Positions 1 through 7,242 of a stretch of DNA of 20,000 nucleotides are shown in pieces. Made by a program: the position numbers and the translations under genes. Origin of the DNA: an uncultured virus (IMG/VR IMGVR_UViG_3300031963_000086) (taxonomy: Duplodnaviria; Heunggongvirae; Uroviricota; Caudoviricetes); IMG/VR virus record IMGVR_UViG_3300031963_000086; one strand, given 5' to 3'. The notes beneath the pieces were generated by a model that had not been told where the DNA came from, made no database searches, and worked only from the letters and a program-made list of their open reading frames with translations. How positions within the stretch are numbered: the first letter of the stretch is position 1; every line of letters begins with the position of its first letter.

Positions 1-80
1 CCAAACCACGCCTTAAATTCGCGTGTACGCACTAACTTGTATTGTTCGGGCGTTAAGTTACTTTCCTTTCCGTTGGGTGC
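1..80. repeat. Direct repeat of 1027-1106 (duplicated ART-module N-terminus)
   Basis: 65/80 identical by manual ungapped alignment; both copies begin CCAAACCACGCCTTAAATT and end CGTTGGGTGC. Confidence 0.9.
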
Positions 81-1361
81 AATTAAACCACCCTTATCAA
101 ATCTAATATCGGGGTTGTTCACGACCTTGTAAAAATCATTGTTGCCCTCACATATTTCATATCCGTTACTTTGTAGCCAATTTTTAATCATAGCAACATC
201 ATCCAAATTTGATTCTATTGAATCATCTTTTGAAAAAGATGCTTTTTGTGTAATATGACCAAACATTACATCGTGTCCATTTTCTATAGCAAAATCATTC
301 AGATACTTCAAAACCTTTTTACCAATACCTTTTAATCTTTGATTTTCGGAAATAAATATAGTTTGAATGTACAAAGGATTTTCGGATTTAAGCCCATACA
401 AATTTGCGTGTTTAGGTGTGGTTGGATATACTTTAAGTTCAATTTCACCTTGGTCTATTAAATTTTCTATTTCCCCACCTTTGGCAAACCGAATATCGGG
501 ATTGTTGCCATCAAAGGTTGTGTTACTACCATCGGCTAACTTGATTTCATTTGGAGATAGCGCAATAAACGATTTGCCTTTCCCCTCGTATTTGTTGTTG
601 TACACAAACCCGACCGAACTACCATATTTTGATTTAATGTAGTCCCTAATGATAGCATTATCTTCTCGACTATATAAAGATAAAAACCCTTTTTGTTTTG
701 CAACTTTTTCTTCAATAATGTTATCGGATATTAACTCATCAATATATCGTTGTGGATATTGCCATTCTCCCGCATCACTCATTTCAAATAAAACTCTTAT
801 GTTTAGGAAAAATGAATTGACGATTGATTTTCTTTTTGGCAAAACTCCTTTACTTTCTACTCTATTTTTTGCTTGTTCTTTCGTGCCAAAATGAAAACCT
901 AAATCCGCTTTTTGGTAATCAAATATATCAAAGTTGGTTTCAACAATAGCCCCATGATGTACCACCAATGGCTCACCATTCTCATCCACTACCTTACTCG
1001 CATTTTTTGGGTCGTTTTCCCAATCGCCAAACCACGCCTTAAATTTGGGTGTGCGAACTAAATGCCATTGTTCGTGTGTTAGGTTACTTGGTTTCCCGTT
1101 GGGTGCTAAATGCTTTGACATATCACCACCTAAGTGCATTTTCTCAATGTTATCCAATCGGTCATAATAGTCGGGGAACTCTACCAAGTGGTCAAGTGCT
1201 ATTCGCCTTGCTTCGGCAACGCTCTCGGTGTGTTCAAGTTCGTGTTTAATACCCTTTTTTAATTGGTGCTTTAATTGCTCGGCATTCATATTGTGTAGTT
1301 TTGCTACTTGAGCCAAAGTCATGCCCTCGCTTTTGCCCCCTTTTAAGTATTTATTTACCAT
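1..1361 (-). CDS. Polyvalent protein, N-terminal 453 aa (runs off the left edge): DUF5661-like domain, ART-PolyVal-like ADP-ribosyltransferase, GNAT acetyltransferase-like domain, start of a second ART-like module
   Basis: Manual translation from the ATG at 1361 has no stop before the edge. Motifs: QLKKGIKHELEHTESVAEARRIALDHLVEFPDYYDRL (DUF5661-like); FKAWFGDWENDPKNASKVVDENGEPLVVHHG...GFHFG...SPNEIK...NTTFDGNNPDIRF (ART-PolyVal-like); YIQTIFISENQRLKGIGKKVL (GNAT acetyl-CoA motif A); then APNGKESNLTPEQYKLVRTREFKAWF again. Confidence 0.88.
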   Translation of the reverse strand, partial: MVNKYLKGGKSEGMTLAQVAKLHNMNAEQLKHQLKKGIKHELEHTESVAEARRIALDHLVEFPDYYDRLDNIEKMHLGGDMSKHLAPNGKPSNLTHEQWHLVRTPKFKAWFGDWENDPKNASKVVDENGEPLVVHHGAIVETNFDIFDYQKADLGFHFGTKEQAKNRVESKGVLPKRKSIVNSFFLNIRVLFEMSDAGEWQYPQRYIDELISDNIIEEKVAKQKGFLSLYSREDNAIIRDYIKSKYGSSVGFVYNNKYEGKGKSFIALSPNEIKLADGSNTTFDGNNPDIRFAKGGEIENLIDQGEIELKVYPTTPKHANLYGLKSENPLYIQTIFISENQRLKGIGKKVLKYLNDFAIENGHDVMFGHITQKASFSKDDSIESNLDDVAMIKNWLQSNGYEICEGNNDFYKVVNNPDIRFDKGGLIAPNGKESNLTPEQYKLVRTREFKAWF

Positions 1362-1564
1362 CGGATTTTACTTGATATTGCTAAATTTTGTTTTCAATTA
1401 TATATGTTTATCAACAATGATTATCTCTTGTAAATCAATTACATACTATGCTAATTAATTTATCAACATCAAAATAATTGACAATAAGATAAAATCATAG
1501 TGCAAGTTAGTTATTGTTTGAGCATATTTGTATGTCAAATATAAATCATTTGACACAAACTAAA

Positions 1565-1669
1565 ATGACAGGTTTCTTAGACATCAAATCTCCTAATTTC
1601 CTTGGCGGTACTAACGTACACTCTTTGGTTATTATCGGATTGCTCGGCTACATCATCTACAAGAAGTAA
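1565..1669 (+). CDS. 34-aa small membrane peptide MTGFLDIKSPNFLGGTNVHSLVIIGLLGYIIYKK
   Basis: A-rich context before the ATG (CTAAAATG), C-ending codon bias (TTC, GAC, ATC, AAC, TAC), hydrophobic C-terminus ending KK, and its own downstream terminator. Confidence 0.7.
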   Translation: MTGFLDIKSPNFLGGTNVHSLVIIGLLGYIIYKK

Positions 1670-1715
1670 TTCTTGTTAGGGATGTTTGTCTGCGCAAACC
1701 CAAGATTGGGAAGTC

Positions 1716-1747
1716 GGGCGATACGGAATGTGTCGCCCTTTTCTTTT
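1716..1747 (+). terminator. Intrinsic terminator
   Basis: GGGCGATAC-GGAAT-GTGTCGCCC stem-loop followed by TTTTCTTTT. Confidence 0.8.
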
Positions 1748-1750
1748 ATA

Positions 1751-1784
1751 CGAAAAAAGGGAGTCCAACACCCCCCTTTATTCG
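1751..1784 (-). terminator. Intrinsic terminator for the ParB/tRNA transcript
   Basis: Minus strand reads AAAGGGGGGT-GTTGG-ACTCCC-TTTTTT; it sits back-to-back with the plus-strand terminator. Confidence 0.7.
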
Positions 1785-1866
1785 ATATTAAGAAATGATT
1801 AATTTATCCAAACAGTACATGGAACTTTGAATCCCCAAGTGATTCGGGTTATTGTTGGCTAACCTT

Positions 1867-1940
1867 TGGTGCGGGGGTAGAAATCGAATCTACTACCTCG
1901 TGGTTATGAGCCACGGATGCAACCATTACACCACCCCGCA
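1867..1940 (-). tRNA. tRNA with CAT anticodon (Met most likely; Ile2 not excluded)
   Basis: Cloverleaf: acceptor TGCGGGG/CCCCGCA, D arm GTGT-AATGGTT-GCAT, anticodon arm CGTGG-CTCATAA-CCACG, T arm GTAGA-TTCGATT-TCTAC, followed by CCA. Confidence 0.92.
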
Positions 1941-1947
1941 CTCTTAT

Positions 1948-2715
1948 TTAGAAGAAACGCAATTTCTCGCCCCTCTCCTTAAAGTTGTATATTTCCTCCA
2001 ACAAAGTTAAGTAACCTTTCGTATCGGTGCAATCAACTAATTTAGTTTGTTGGTATTGCAACTTTGCGACAAGTTGTTTGAAGTCGAATTGACGATTTGA
2101 ATACAACTTGGAAAGCGCATTGATAAAAGACCTCCGCTTTACGCCACCATACATCGGTTCTATTTGTTTAACCCAACCCGCCACAACCGCACCTCTTCCT
2201 TTATTTGGCAAGGTCATTTTACCATCCATAATGTTTTGCGCTTTGTCACCACCCATGTTTGAAAGTAATTGTACGGAGTTTGTCATTCCCAATTTGTGTT
2301 CCTTGATAAAAGAACGCAAGAATAAATACTCTTCTTTGCCCATGTCGCAATAGCCATCTACATAGTCCTCCAATCTCCAATTTTTCATATTGGCGTTTAA
2401 CATTTGTACCTCGCGCAAACCATACCCAACCTTGAGTATGTAATGAATTGGCTTTTTGAGTTCTTTGCACACCTCAAATCGGTGTTGGCCATCAATAATC
2501 TCAAAGTTTTCATTCACCAAAATTGGATTGGTTTCGGTCAAATCCGTTTCGGCAATTGACTTTTTCAACCTCTCTTGGTGCATTTTGTTGAGTTGGCGGT
2601 TTCCTTGAATAAAAGAAAACCTTTCGTAGTTGGTGGTGCGGTAAACTTGGCTTACCACAACATCCCGCACTTGAGTACCTTCCGTTCTCATTGGTGCATC
2701 TTCTTGGTTTAACAT
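1948..2715 (-). CDS. ParB/Srx-like N-terminal domain protein
   Basis: GNRQLN...LKKSI...PILVNENFEIIDGQHRFEVCKEL, the ParB/Srx DGxHR motif. Confidence 0.8.
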   Translation of the reverse strand: MLNQEDAPMRTEGTQVRDVVVSQVYRTTNYERFSFIQGNRQLNKMHQERLKKSIAETDLTETNPILVNENFEIIDGQHRFEVCKELKKPIHYILKVGYGLREVQMLNANMKNWRLEDYVDGYCDMGKEEYLFLRSFIKEHKLGMTNSVQLLSNMGGDKAQNIMDGKMTLPNKGRGAVVAGWVKQIEPMYGGVKRRSFINALSKLYSNRQFDFKQLVAKLQYQQTKLVDCTDTKGYLTLLEEIYNFKERGEKLRFF

Positions 2716-2737
2716 ATTGAATATTTGTTTGACAATT

Positions 2738-2768
2738 CAAAGGTAATGTTATCTCTAAAAATAACAAG
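2738..2768 (-). promoter_or_regulatory. Bacteroidota sigma70-type promoter with palindromic operator (2749-2764)
   Basis: Minus strand CTTG-N19-TACCTTTG; the spacer holds TTATCTCTAAAAATAA (plus-strand reading). Confidence 0.75.
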
Positions 2769-2804
2769 AACTTTTTGAAAAAACTTTGTGAATGACCGAT
2801 TCCT

Positions 2805-2948
2805 TTATTCTATGGTCGCATTATAGAACGAATTGTACATTGGTCGCTTCTCTTTTATCTTTTCACAAGCCTCTTCGTAGGTATTGGCTTTTACCAAAAC
2901 CAAGTTGGTGGGGCTATCAACCCCACAACCTATTAAATAGTAGTTCAT
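2805..2948 (-). CDS. 47-aa hypothetical protein MNYYLIGCGVDSPTNLVLVKANTYEEACEKIKEKRPMYNSFYNATIE
   Basis: ATGA overlap with the GT4 stop. It contains a GC-rich hairpin (2904-2929) that could instead be a terminator. Confidence 0.5.
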   Translation of the reverse strand: MNYYLIGCGVDSPTNLVLVKANTYEEACEKIKEKRPMYNSFYNATIE

Positions 2949-4207
2949 AATTTGAGCAATCGTTTAATTGACAATTTCCATTGGTCGGCAATCTTATCCC
3001 AATTGTACTCCGCAAACTTATGCTCGTAATTTTTAATACTCACCTTACGCGTGGCACTATCTTTCCAAGCGTTTATCATTTGTTCGCAAACGCTTTTTGG
3101 GTGCAATACCAACCGCACATTCTCGGCATCTTCTATTTGAAAGTGAGGCACTAGGTCATTTACGATATAAACCAAATCGCCATTATCGGTTATCTCGGTC
3201 AAAGAGGTGTGGTTGCCACAAATAATTGGCAAACCTACGCTCATCGCTTCGGTGATGGTCAATCCCCACCCTTCGGCCGTGGTCGTAGACACGAAACAAT
3301 CCAAACAATTGTACACCTCATTCATCTCTTGAGTCGAATAGGAGTTGCTATTGTATTTGTCCTCTATCGGCAAAAACACATCCTTGCCAATTACCAATCC
3401 AAGTCGCTCACACGCTACATACACTTTAATGCCCGTTTTGTCGGAGTGATAACAATGCAAGTATAATCCAACTTTTGATGGTCGGTTGGGGGTTACGGGT
3501 TGGCTCTCAAACCATTGCTTAAATTCCGCAAACGCTAACAAGGTTGTACCGATGTCTTTGCGCGGTTGGTTCTTATTGATGTTTCCGAATACAAACATAT
3601 CTTGAGGGATGTCGTATTTGGCTCTCAATGATTGTTTATCAAACAATGGTTGAAACTCGTATCTATCCATTCCGTGCGGGATAATACCAATTTTCATTTT
3701 GCGGTTATTAACTTTTTGAAATGCTTTTTCCGCTTCCCTACGCCCATAATCGGTGTAAGTGAACACTTCATCCCATACATCCAAATCTTTGAAATATCGC
3801 GCAAAGGGTACGCTATCAATCGGGGTGTACATCAACATTTTGAACTCCTTTTGTTTTTGGAATTGCTTTTGTTGACGGACATGGCGTAAGATTGGCGACA
3901 TCGGCCCAAGTACGGGTACATCATTCATAGCCCACAATAGGTCGTAATCGCCCACTTGCAACATTTTTAACACACCATCGCGATAATAGTAATCCTCTTC
4001 GTTACGCGCAAACATACGCGGGTTAACGGCCATGATTTGCTCGTTATACACTTCGCTTTGGCGGTTTCCAAAATTCAAACACGCTACATCTACTTCTACG
4101 CCCACCCGCTTGAACCAAGGTGTCAATCTATCCATTACGTTGTGGGAAACAGTTCCGAAGCCCGTAGGACACATAAAGTCCATGTACGCTAATATCTTTT
4201 TTGTCAT
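2945..4207 (-). CDS. GT4 (GT-B fold) glycosyltransferase
   Basis: PTGFGTVS N-terminal loop, IIPHGMD, NKNQPRKD, and the GT4 E-x7-E motif AEGWGLTITEAMSVGLPII. Confidence 0.9.
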   Translation of the reverse strand: MTKKILAYMDFMCPTGFGTVSHNVMDRLTPWFKRVGVEVDVACLNFGNRQSEVYNEQIMAVNPRMFARNEEDYYYRDGVLKMLQVGDYDLLWAMNDVPVLGPMSPILRHVRQQKQFQKQKEFKMLMYTPIDSVPFARYFKDLDVWDEVFTYTDYGRREAEKAFQKVNNRKMKIGIIPHGMDRYEFQPLFDKQSLRAKYDIPQDMFVFGNINKNQPRKDIGTTLLAFAEFKQWFESQPVTPNRPSKVGLYLHCYHSDKTGIKVYVACERLGLVIGKDVFLPIEDKYNSNSYSTQEMNEVYNCLDCFVSTTTAEGWGLTITEAMSVGLPIICGNHTSLTEITDNGDLVYIVNDLVPHFQIEDAENVRLVLHPKSVCEQMINAWKDSATRKVSIKNYEHKFAEYNWDKIADQWKLSIKRLLKL

Positions 4208-4211
4208 ATGT

Positions 4212-5273
4212 CTATTGTAATATTGTATTGTAAATATTCTCTGCTACTGATTTCATCATCAAAGGAGGTACACTTCTTCCTAACCTTTCCCATTGTTGCG
4301 CATAATTCCCCGTCAATATGTAATCTTTGGGAAACGAGCATATCACTTTCAACTCATCAATCGTGAACCTATTTGTATCATCCGACTTCATTTTGCTGAT
4401 TTCCATGTCGGTTTTATCATCGTAAAAACCTTTCCGCTTTATTCGATAAACTCTTGTAGCACCTAATCCCCTTGTTAGTATTGTAAAAGAAACATCATCT
4501 AGTCCAAGCGTAGTTATTTGCCCCCATTTAGCAAACCCATCACTACATATCATTTTTTCAATTTCGCCTCCAAATGCCTTTCCCAAGGTATTAATTTCTT
4601 GATTGGGTTTCGGGAATGATATTTTCTTTTCTAGGTCATTCCTTACTCCAATAAATATTGTCCTTTCCCGCGATTGGGGAACATTGTAATTTTTGGCATT
4701 TAAAACCATAAAGCGAACATTGTAGCCACAATTTACAAGCGAGTGGTAAATGGTGCTATCTTGACTATCAAACATATCAAATTGGTCACTACCCAACAAC
4801 TTACTTGATGCCCCTTGGGTTAATCCCTTCACATTTTCAGCAACAAAAACTTTGGGTTGAATCTCTTTCAACAATCGTGCAAATTCAAAAAACAAGTCAT
4901 CTACCCTTTGCTCGGTGCTTGAGTATTTTTTCACTTGCCCCCACATTTTCTCTTTTTTACCCGCAGTTGAAAATGATGCGCATGGCGGTGAACCATCCAA
5001 TATATCCAACTCACCACGCTTTAATCCGATTTGGTTTAATATCATATCCCCCGTCAATTCACGAATGTCTTGTTTGAAAATATGAGTATCGGGATAGTTG
5101 GCTTGGTAGGTGTCTTGCGCTTCTTGTAAAAATTCATTAATCGCCAACACTTTGCCTCCCGCAAGTTTGTAACCCGTACTACTACCACCCGCCCCCGCGA
5201 ATAAACTAACGACATTGAATAACTCCTTTTGAGATTGTTCATGTACCAATCTCATATCGTAGTTCGTGTTCAT
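4212..5273 (-). CDS. C5 cytosine DNA methyltransferase homolog; predicted Cx-SAM-dependent DNA carboxymethyltransferase
   Basis: Motif I FAGAGG, IV GSPPCASFS, VI ENVKG, VIII PQSRERTIFIG and IX RFTIDELKVICSFP. Motif X reads GRSVPP instead of GNSV/GNAV. Family call is strong; the carboxymethyl activity is inferred. Confidence 0.9.
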   Translation of the reverse strand: MNTNYDMRLVHEQSQKELFNVVSLFAGAGGSSTGYKLAGGKVLAINEFLQEAQDTYQANYPDTHIFKQDIRELTGDMILNQIGLKRGELDILDGSPPCASFSTAGKKEKMWGQVKKYSSTEQRVDDLFFEFARLLKEIQPKVFVAENVKGLTQGASSKLLGSDQFDMFDSQDSTIYHSLVNCGYNVRFMVLNAKNYNVPQSRERTIFIGVRNDLEKKISFPKPNQEINTLGKAFGGEIEKMICSDGFAKWGQITTLGLDDVSFTILTRGLGATRVYRIKRKGFYDDKTDMEISKMKSDDTNRFTIDELKVICSFPKDYILTGNYAQQWERLGRSVPPLMMKSVAENIYNTILQ

Positions 5274-5518
5274 AATTCCGTTTGGATTTCTACTGAATCC
5301 GTGTGTATTCTTAAATAAAGAGATGTGCCGAACATTCCAAGGGTGTTGTTGTATTTCTTTTTTGTCAACTCGAATGCCTCCTTGTTTTCATAGGGCTTAT
5401 TGGTTGCATCTTTAACGATGCCAATACGCTTTGATAATTTCCTACGCTCGTTTAATAATTGAATAATTTGGTCATCAATTTCACTCAATTCGTTTCGCAA
5501 TATTTCTAAACTTTCCAT
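5270..5518 (-). CDS. aroQ: Chorismate mutase type II (AroQ)
   Basis: LEILRNELSEIDDQIIQLLNERRKLSKRIGIVK...IHTDSVEIQ. R8, R25, K36, S75 and Q79 match E. coli chorismate mutase R11, R28, K39, S84 and Q88. Confidence 0.85.
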   Translation of the reverse strand: MESLEILRNELSEIDDQIIQLLNERRKLSKRIGIVKDATNKPYENKEAFELTKKKYNNTLGMFGTSLYLRIHTDSVEIQTEL

Positions 5519-5519
5519 A

Positions 5520-6170
5520 TTATTTAACCGCTAAGTAACCAATGAAATTAAAAGATTGCCAAAAGGTCGTAACCTTTTCAAAACCCGCATCTTTGAGCAT
5601 CTTTAAAATCTCGACATTTGTATTTGGCTTCATGATTGAGCGCAAATCTTTTTCTTTTGAATAAATTGTCGATGGAGAAAAGTTATTCTCTTTATAATCG
5701 TAGTGACTGAATGAAAAAACCTCTTGAAACCACCCATGCTTTTGATAGATTTTTTCGCATAAAAACAATGCCCCGCCATCTACAAGCCCTTCATAAATGG
5801 TTTCCAAATAATTACTCCTTTCACTCTTTTTAAGAAATTGCATGGTGAAAATACTATACACTATACACGCATCATCTATATCCCAAAAATTTGTATTCAA
5901 ATCTTCGCTAAGAAAAGATATTGGTTCATCATTGTCCTTTGGTAGCAAGTTTATACTTAGGTCAATACCTACCTTGGAGTTTTCATAAGGTAATGACTTC
6001 AATAATTTGCCCGTAGAACAACCAAGGTCATAAATTGTGGTGTCTTCCACTACAAAATAAGAACTCATACTATGAATCATATTCCATAGAATATCGTAGT
6101 TAGGTATAGATTGGAGAATGTGTTGGTCGAAATCTTGAATTGTATCAAAACTGAATTTTTCGTTTGTCAT
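5520..6170 (-). CDS. cmoA: CmoA-like carboxy-S-adenosylmethionine synthase
   Basis: Colinear with E. coli CmoA as recalled: FSFD...FDQHILQSIPNY, YDLGCSTG, FTMQFLKKSER, IYEGLVDGGALFLCEK, AGFEKVTTFWQSFNFIGYLAVK. Confidence 0.85.
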   Translation of the reverse strand: MTNEKFSFDTIQDFDQHILQSIPNYDILWNMIHSMSSYFVVEDTTIYDLGCSTGKLLKSLPYENSKVGIDLSINLLPKDNDEPISFLSEDLNTNFWDIDDACIVYSIFTMQFLKKSERSNYLETIYEGLVDGGALFLCEKIYQKHGWFQEVFSFSHYDYKENNFSPSTIYSKEKDLRSIMKPNTNVEILKMLKDAGFEKVTTFWQSFNFIGYLAVK

Positions 6171-6190
6171 AATCTAGGGAGGGGTAATAT

Positions 6191-6490
6191 TTACAACATT
6201 TGGATTTTGGGTTTTGCTTCCGCGTTCTCTAGCGGAAACTTTTGGGCTTGAACTTCGCAAGTTTGAATGAACACCAACTTGCCATCGTTTTCCAACGCAA
6301 TCAACGCGCGGGTGCAATGTGTTGTGCAATGCTCGTAGACGGGTACAAAATCTCCCGTTAGTTGGTTTGGTATAATGTTAGCACCTACTTTATGGCACTT
6401 GCAAGGCTGACCATCCTTGAGTAACATTTTACCTCCTTTGATTGTGTTGTACTCTCCTATTGAGTATTTATGAATATATTCTAGTGACAT
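6191..6490 (-). CDS. Hypothetical Cys/His-containing protein; first gene of the cmoA transcript
   Basis: 99-aa ORF directly behind a promoter; contains CKCH and HCTTHC motifs. Confidence 0.65.
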   Translation of the reverse strand: MSLEYIHKYSIGEYNTIKGGKMLLKDGQPCKCHKVGANIIPNQLTGDFVPVYEHCTTHCTRALIALENDGKLVFIQTCEVQAQKFPLENAEAKPKIQML

Positions 6491-6495
6491 ATATG

Positions 6496-6525
6496 CAAAT
6501 ATAGATTATTTTCAAAAATAACAAA
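6496..6525 (-). promoter_or_regulatory. Bacteroidota promoter with perfect-arm palindromic operator (6506-6521)
   Basis: Minus strand TTTG-N18-TATATTTG; operator TTATTTT-CA-AAAATAA. Confidence 0.8.
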
Positions 6526-7242
6526 CTATTGCACCAAATAAATATCCCCATATTTATCCTCACCCCAATAATGAACCCAATCGGGGTATTGAGTAGGTAG
6601 CAATTCCGCAATCCTTGGTGTGTTCAAAGCACTTGCAATAGCAAGGGGCGCACTTTGGTTTCCCATAAACCTATTGCTTTTTGCAATGTATGTAAACCAA
6701 TCCTCCATCGTTTGTGGAACGACCAATTGACACATATCCTTTAGTGGGAATAAATCGTAATCGTGTTGGCTTCCAAGGAATATGGTTTTTTCGTGTTGTT
6801 GAATTTGCATCAAATAAGAATCGCGAATATGGTCGCTCATCGGGTTTTTGTATCTCCGATTAATGACAAGGGTGTCATTCCAATCACGAACTTCATTGTA
6901 AGTCATCCAAGCACCACTTACGGGTTCATCATTCGGGAAAAAGGTAAGCGACATTATTTCAGTCCAACACCTCCGATACAAATGCGGACTTGTTCTAAAC
7001 AAAGTCGTATTGTACTCGATAGGTTGACCTTCCCAAATTTCAAATCCTTCATTCCCCTTTTGTTGACGAATTATCGGCCTTAACTCCTTTCGGGTATTGT
7101 GAACACCATTCTCAAAAGGCTCTACAACTTCGGTAATGTAAATCTTTGACCTTTGCCCGTGGCGAACCCACAAATGGTTCGCCACATACATAGAGTGAAT
7201 CAAATCACCCAACTTGCCACTTACTAAAATGCTACTTGCCAT
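6526..7242 (-). CDS. GT9-like glycosyltransferase (heptosyltransferase-like fold)
   Basis: N-terminal SGKLGDLIHSM and C-terminal YIAKSNRFMGNQSAPLAIASALNTPRI, resembling the GT9 motif FIGNDSGPMHLAAALGTP. Start placed at MASS (7242) rather than 7293. Confidence 0.65.
   Translation of the reverse strand: MASSILVSGKLGDLIHSMYVANHLWVRHGQRSKIYITEVVEPFENGVHNTRKELRPIIRQQKGNEGFEIWEGQPIEYNTTLFRTSPHLYRRCWTEIMSLTFFPNDEPVSGAWMTYNEVRDWNDTLVINRRYKNPMSDHIRDSYLMQIQQHEKTIFLGSQHDYDLFPLKDMCQLVVPQTMEDWFTYIAKSNRFMGNQSAPLAIASALNTPRIAELLPTQYPDWVHYWGEDKYGDIYLVQ

Noticed and set aside
367..1249. Plus-strand ORFs 367-642, 649-894 and 1049-1249
   Set aside because: They are antisense shadows of the uninterrupted minus-strand polyvalent protein.
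1948..2715. DndB/DGQHR phosphorothioate system
   Set aside because: A DGQHR motif is present, but there are no dnd genes and the context fits a generic phage ParB/Srx domain.
4212..5273. Type II restriction-modification system
   Set aside because: No adjacent endonuclease; the neighbours are metabolic and glycosyltransferase genes.
5520..6170. CmoA as a tRNA cmo5U-modification auxiliary gene
   Set aside because: There is no cmoB in the window, the local tRNA has C34, and the gene is coupled to a DNA MTase homolog with an Arg in motif X. Supplying Cx-SAM to a host CmoB cannot be fully excluded.
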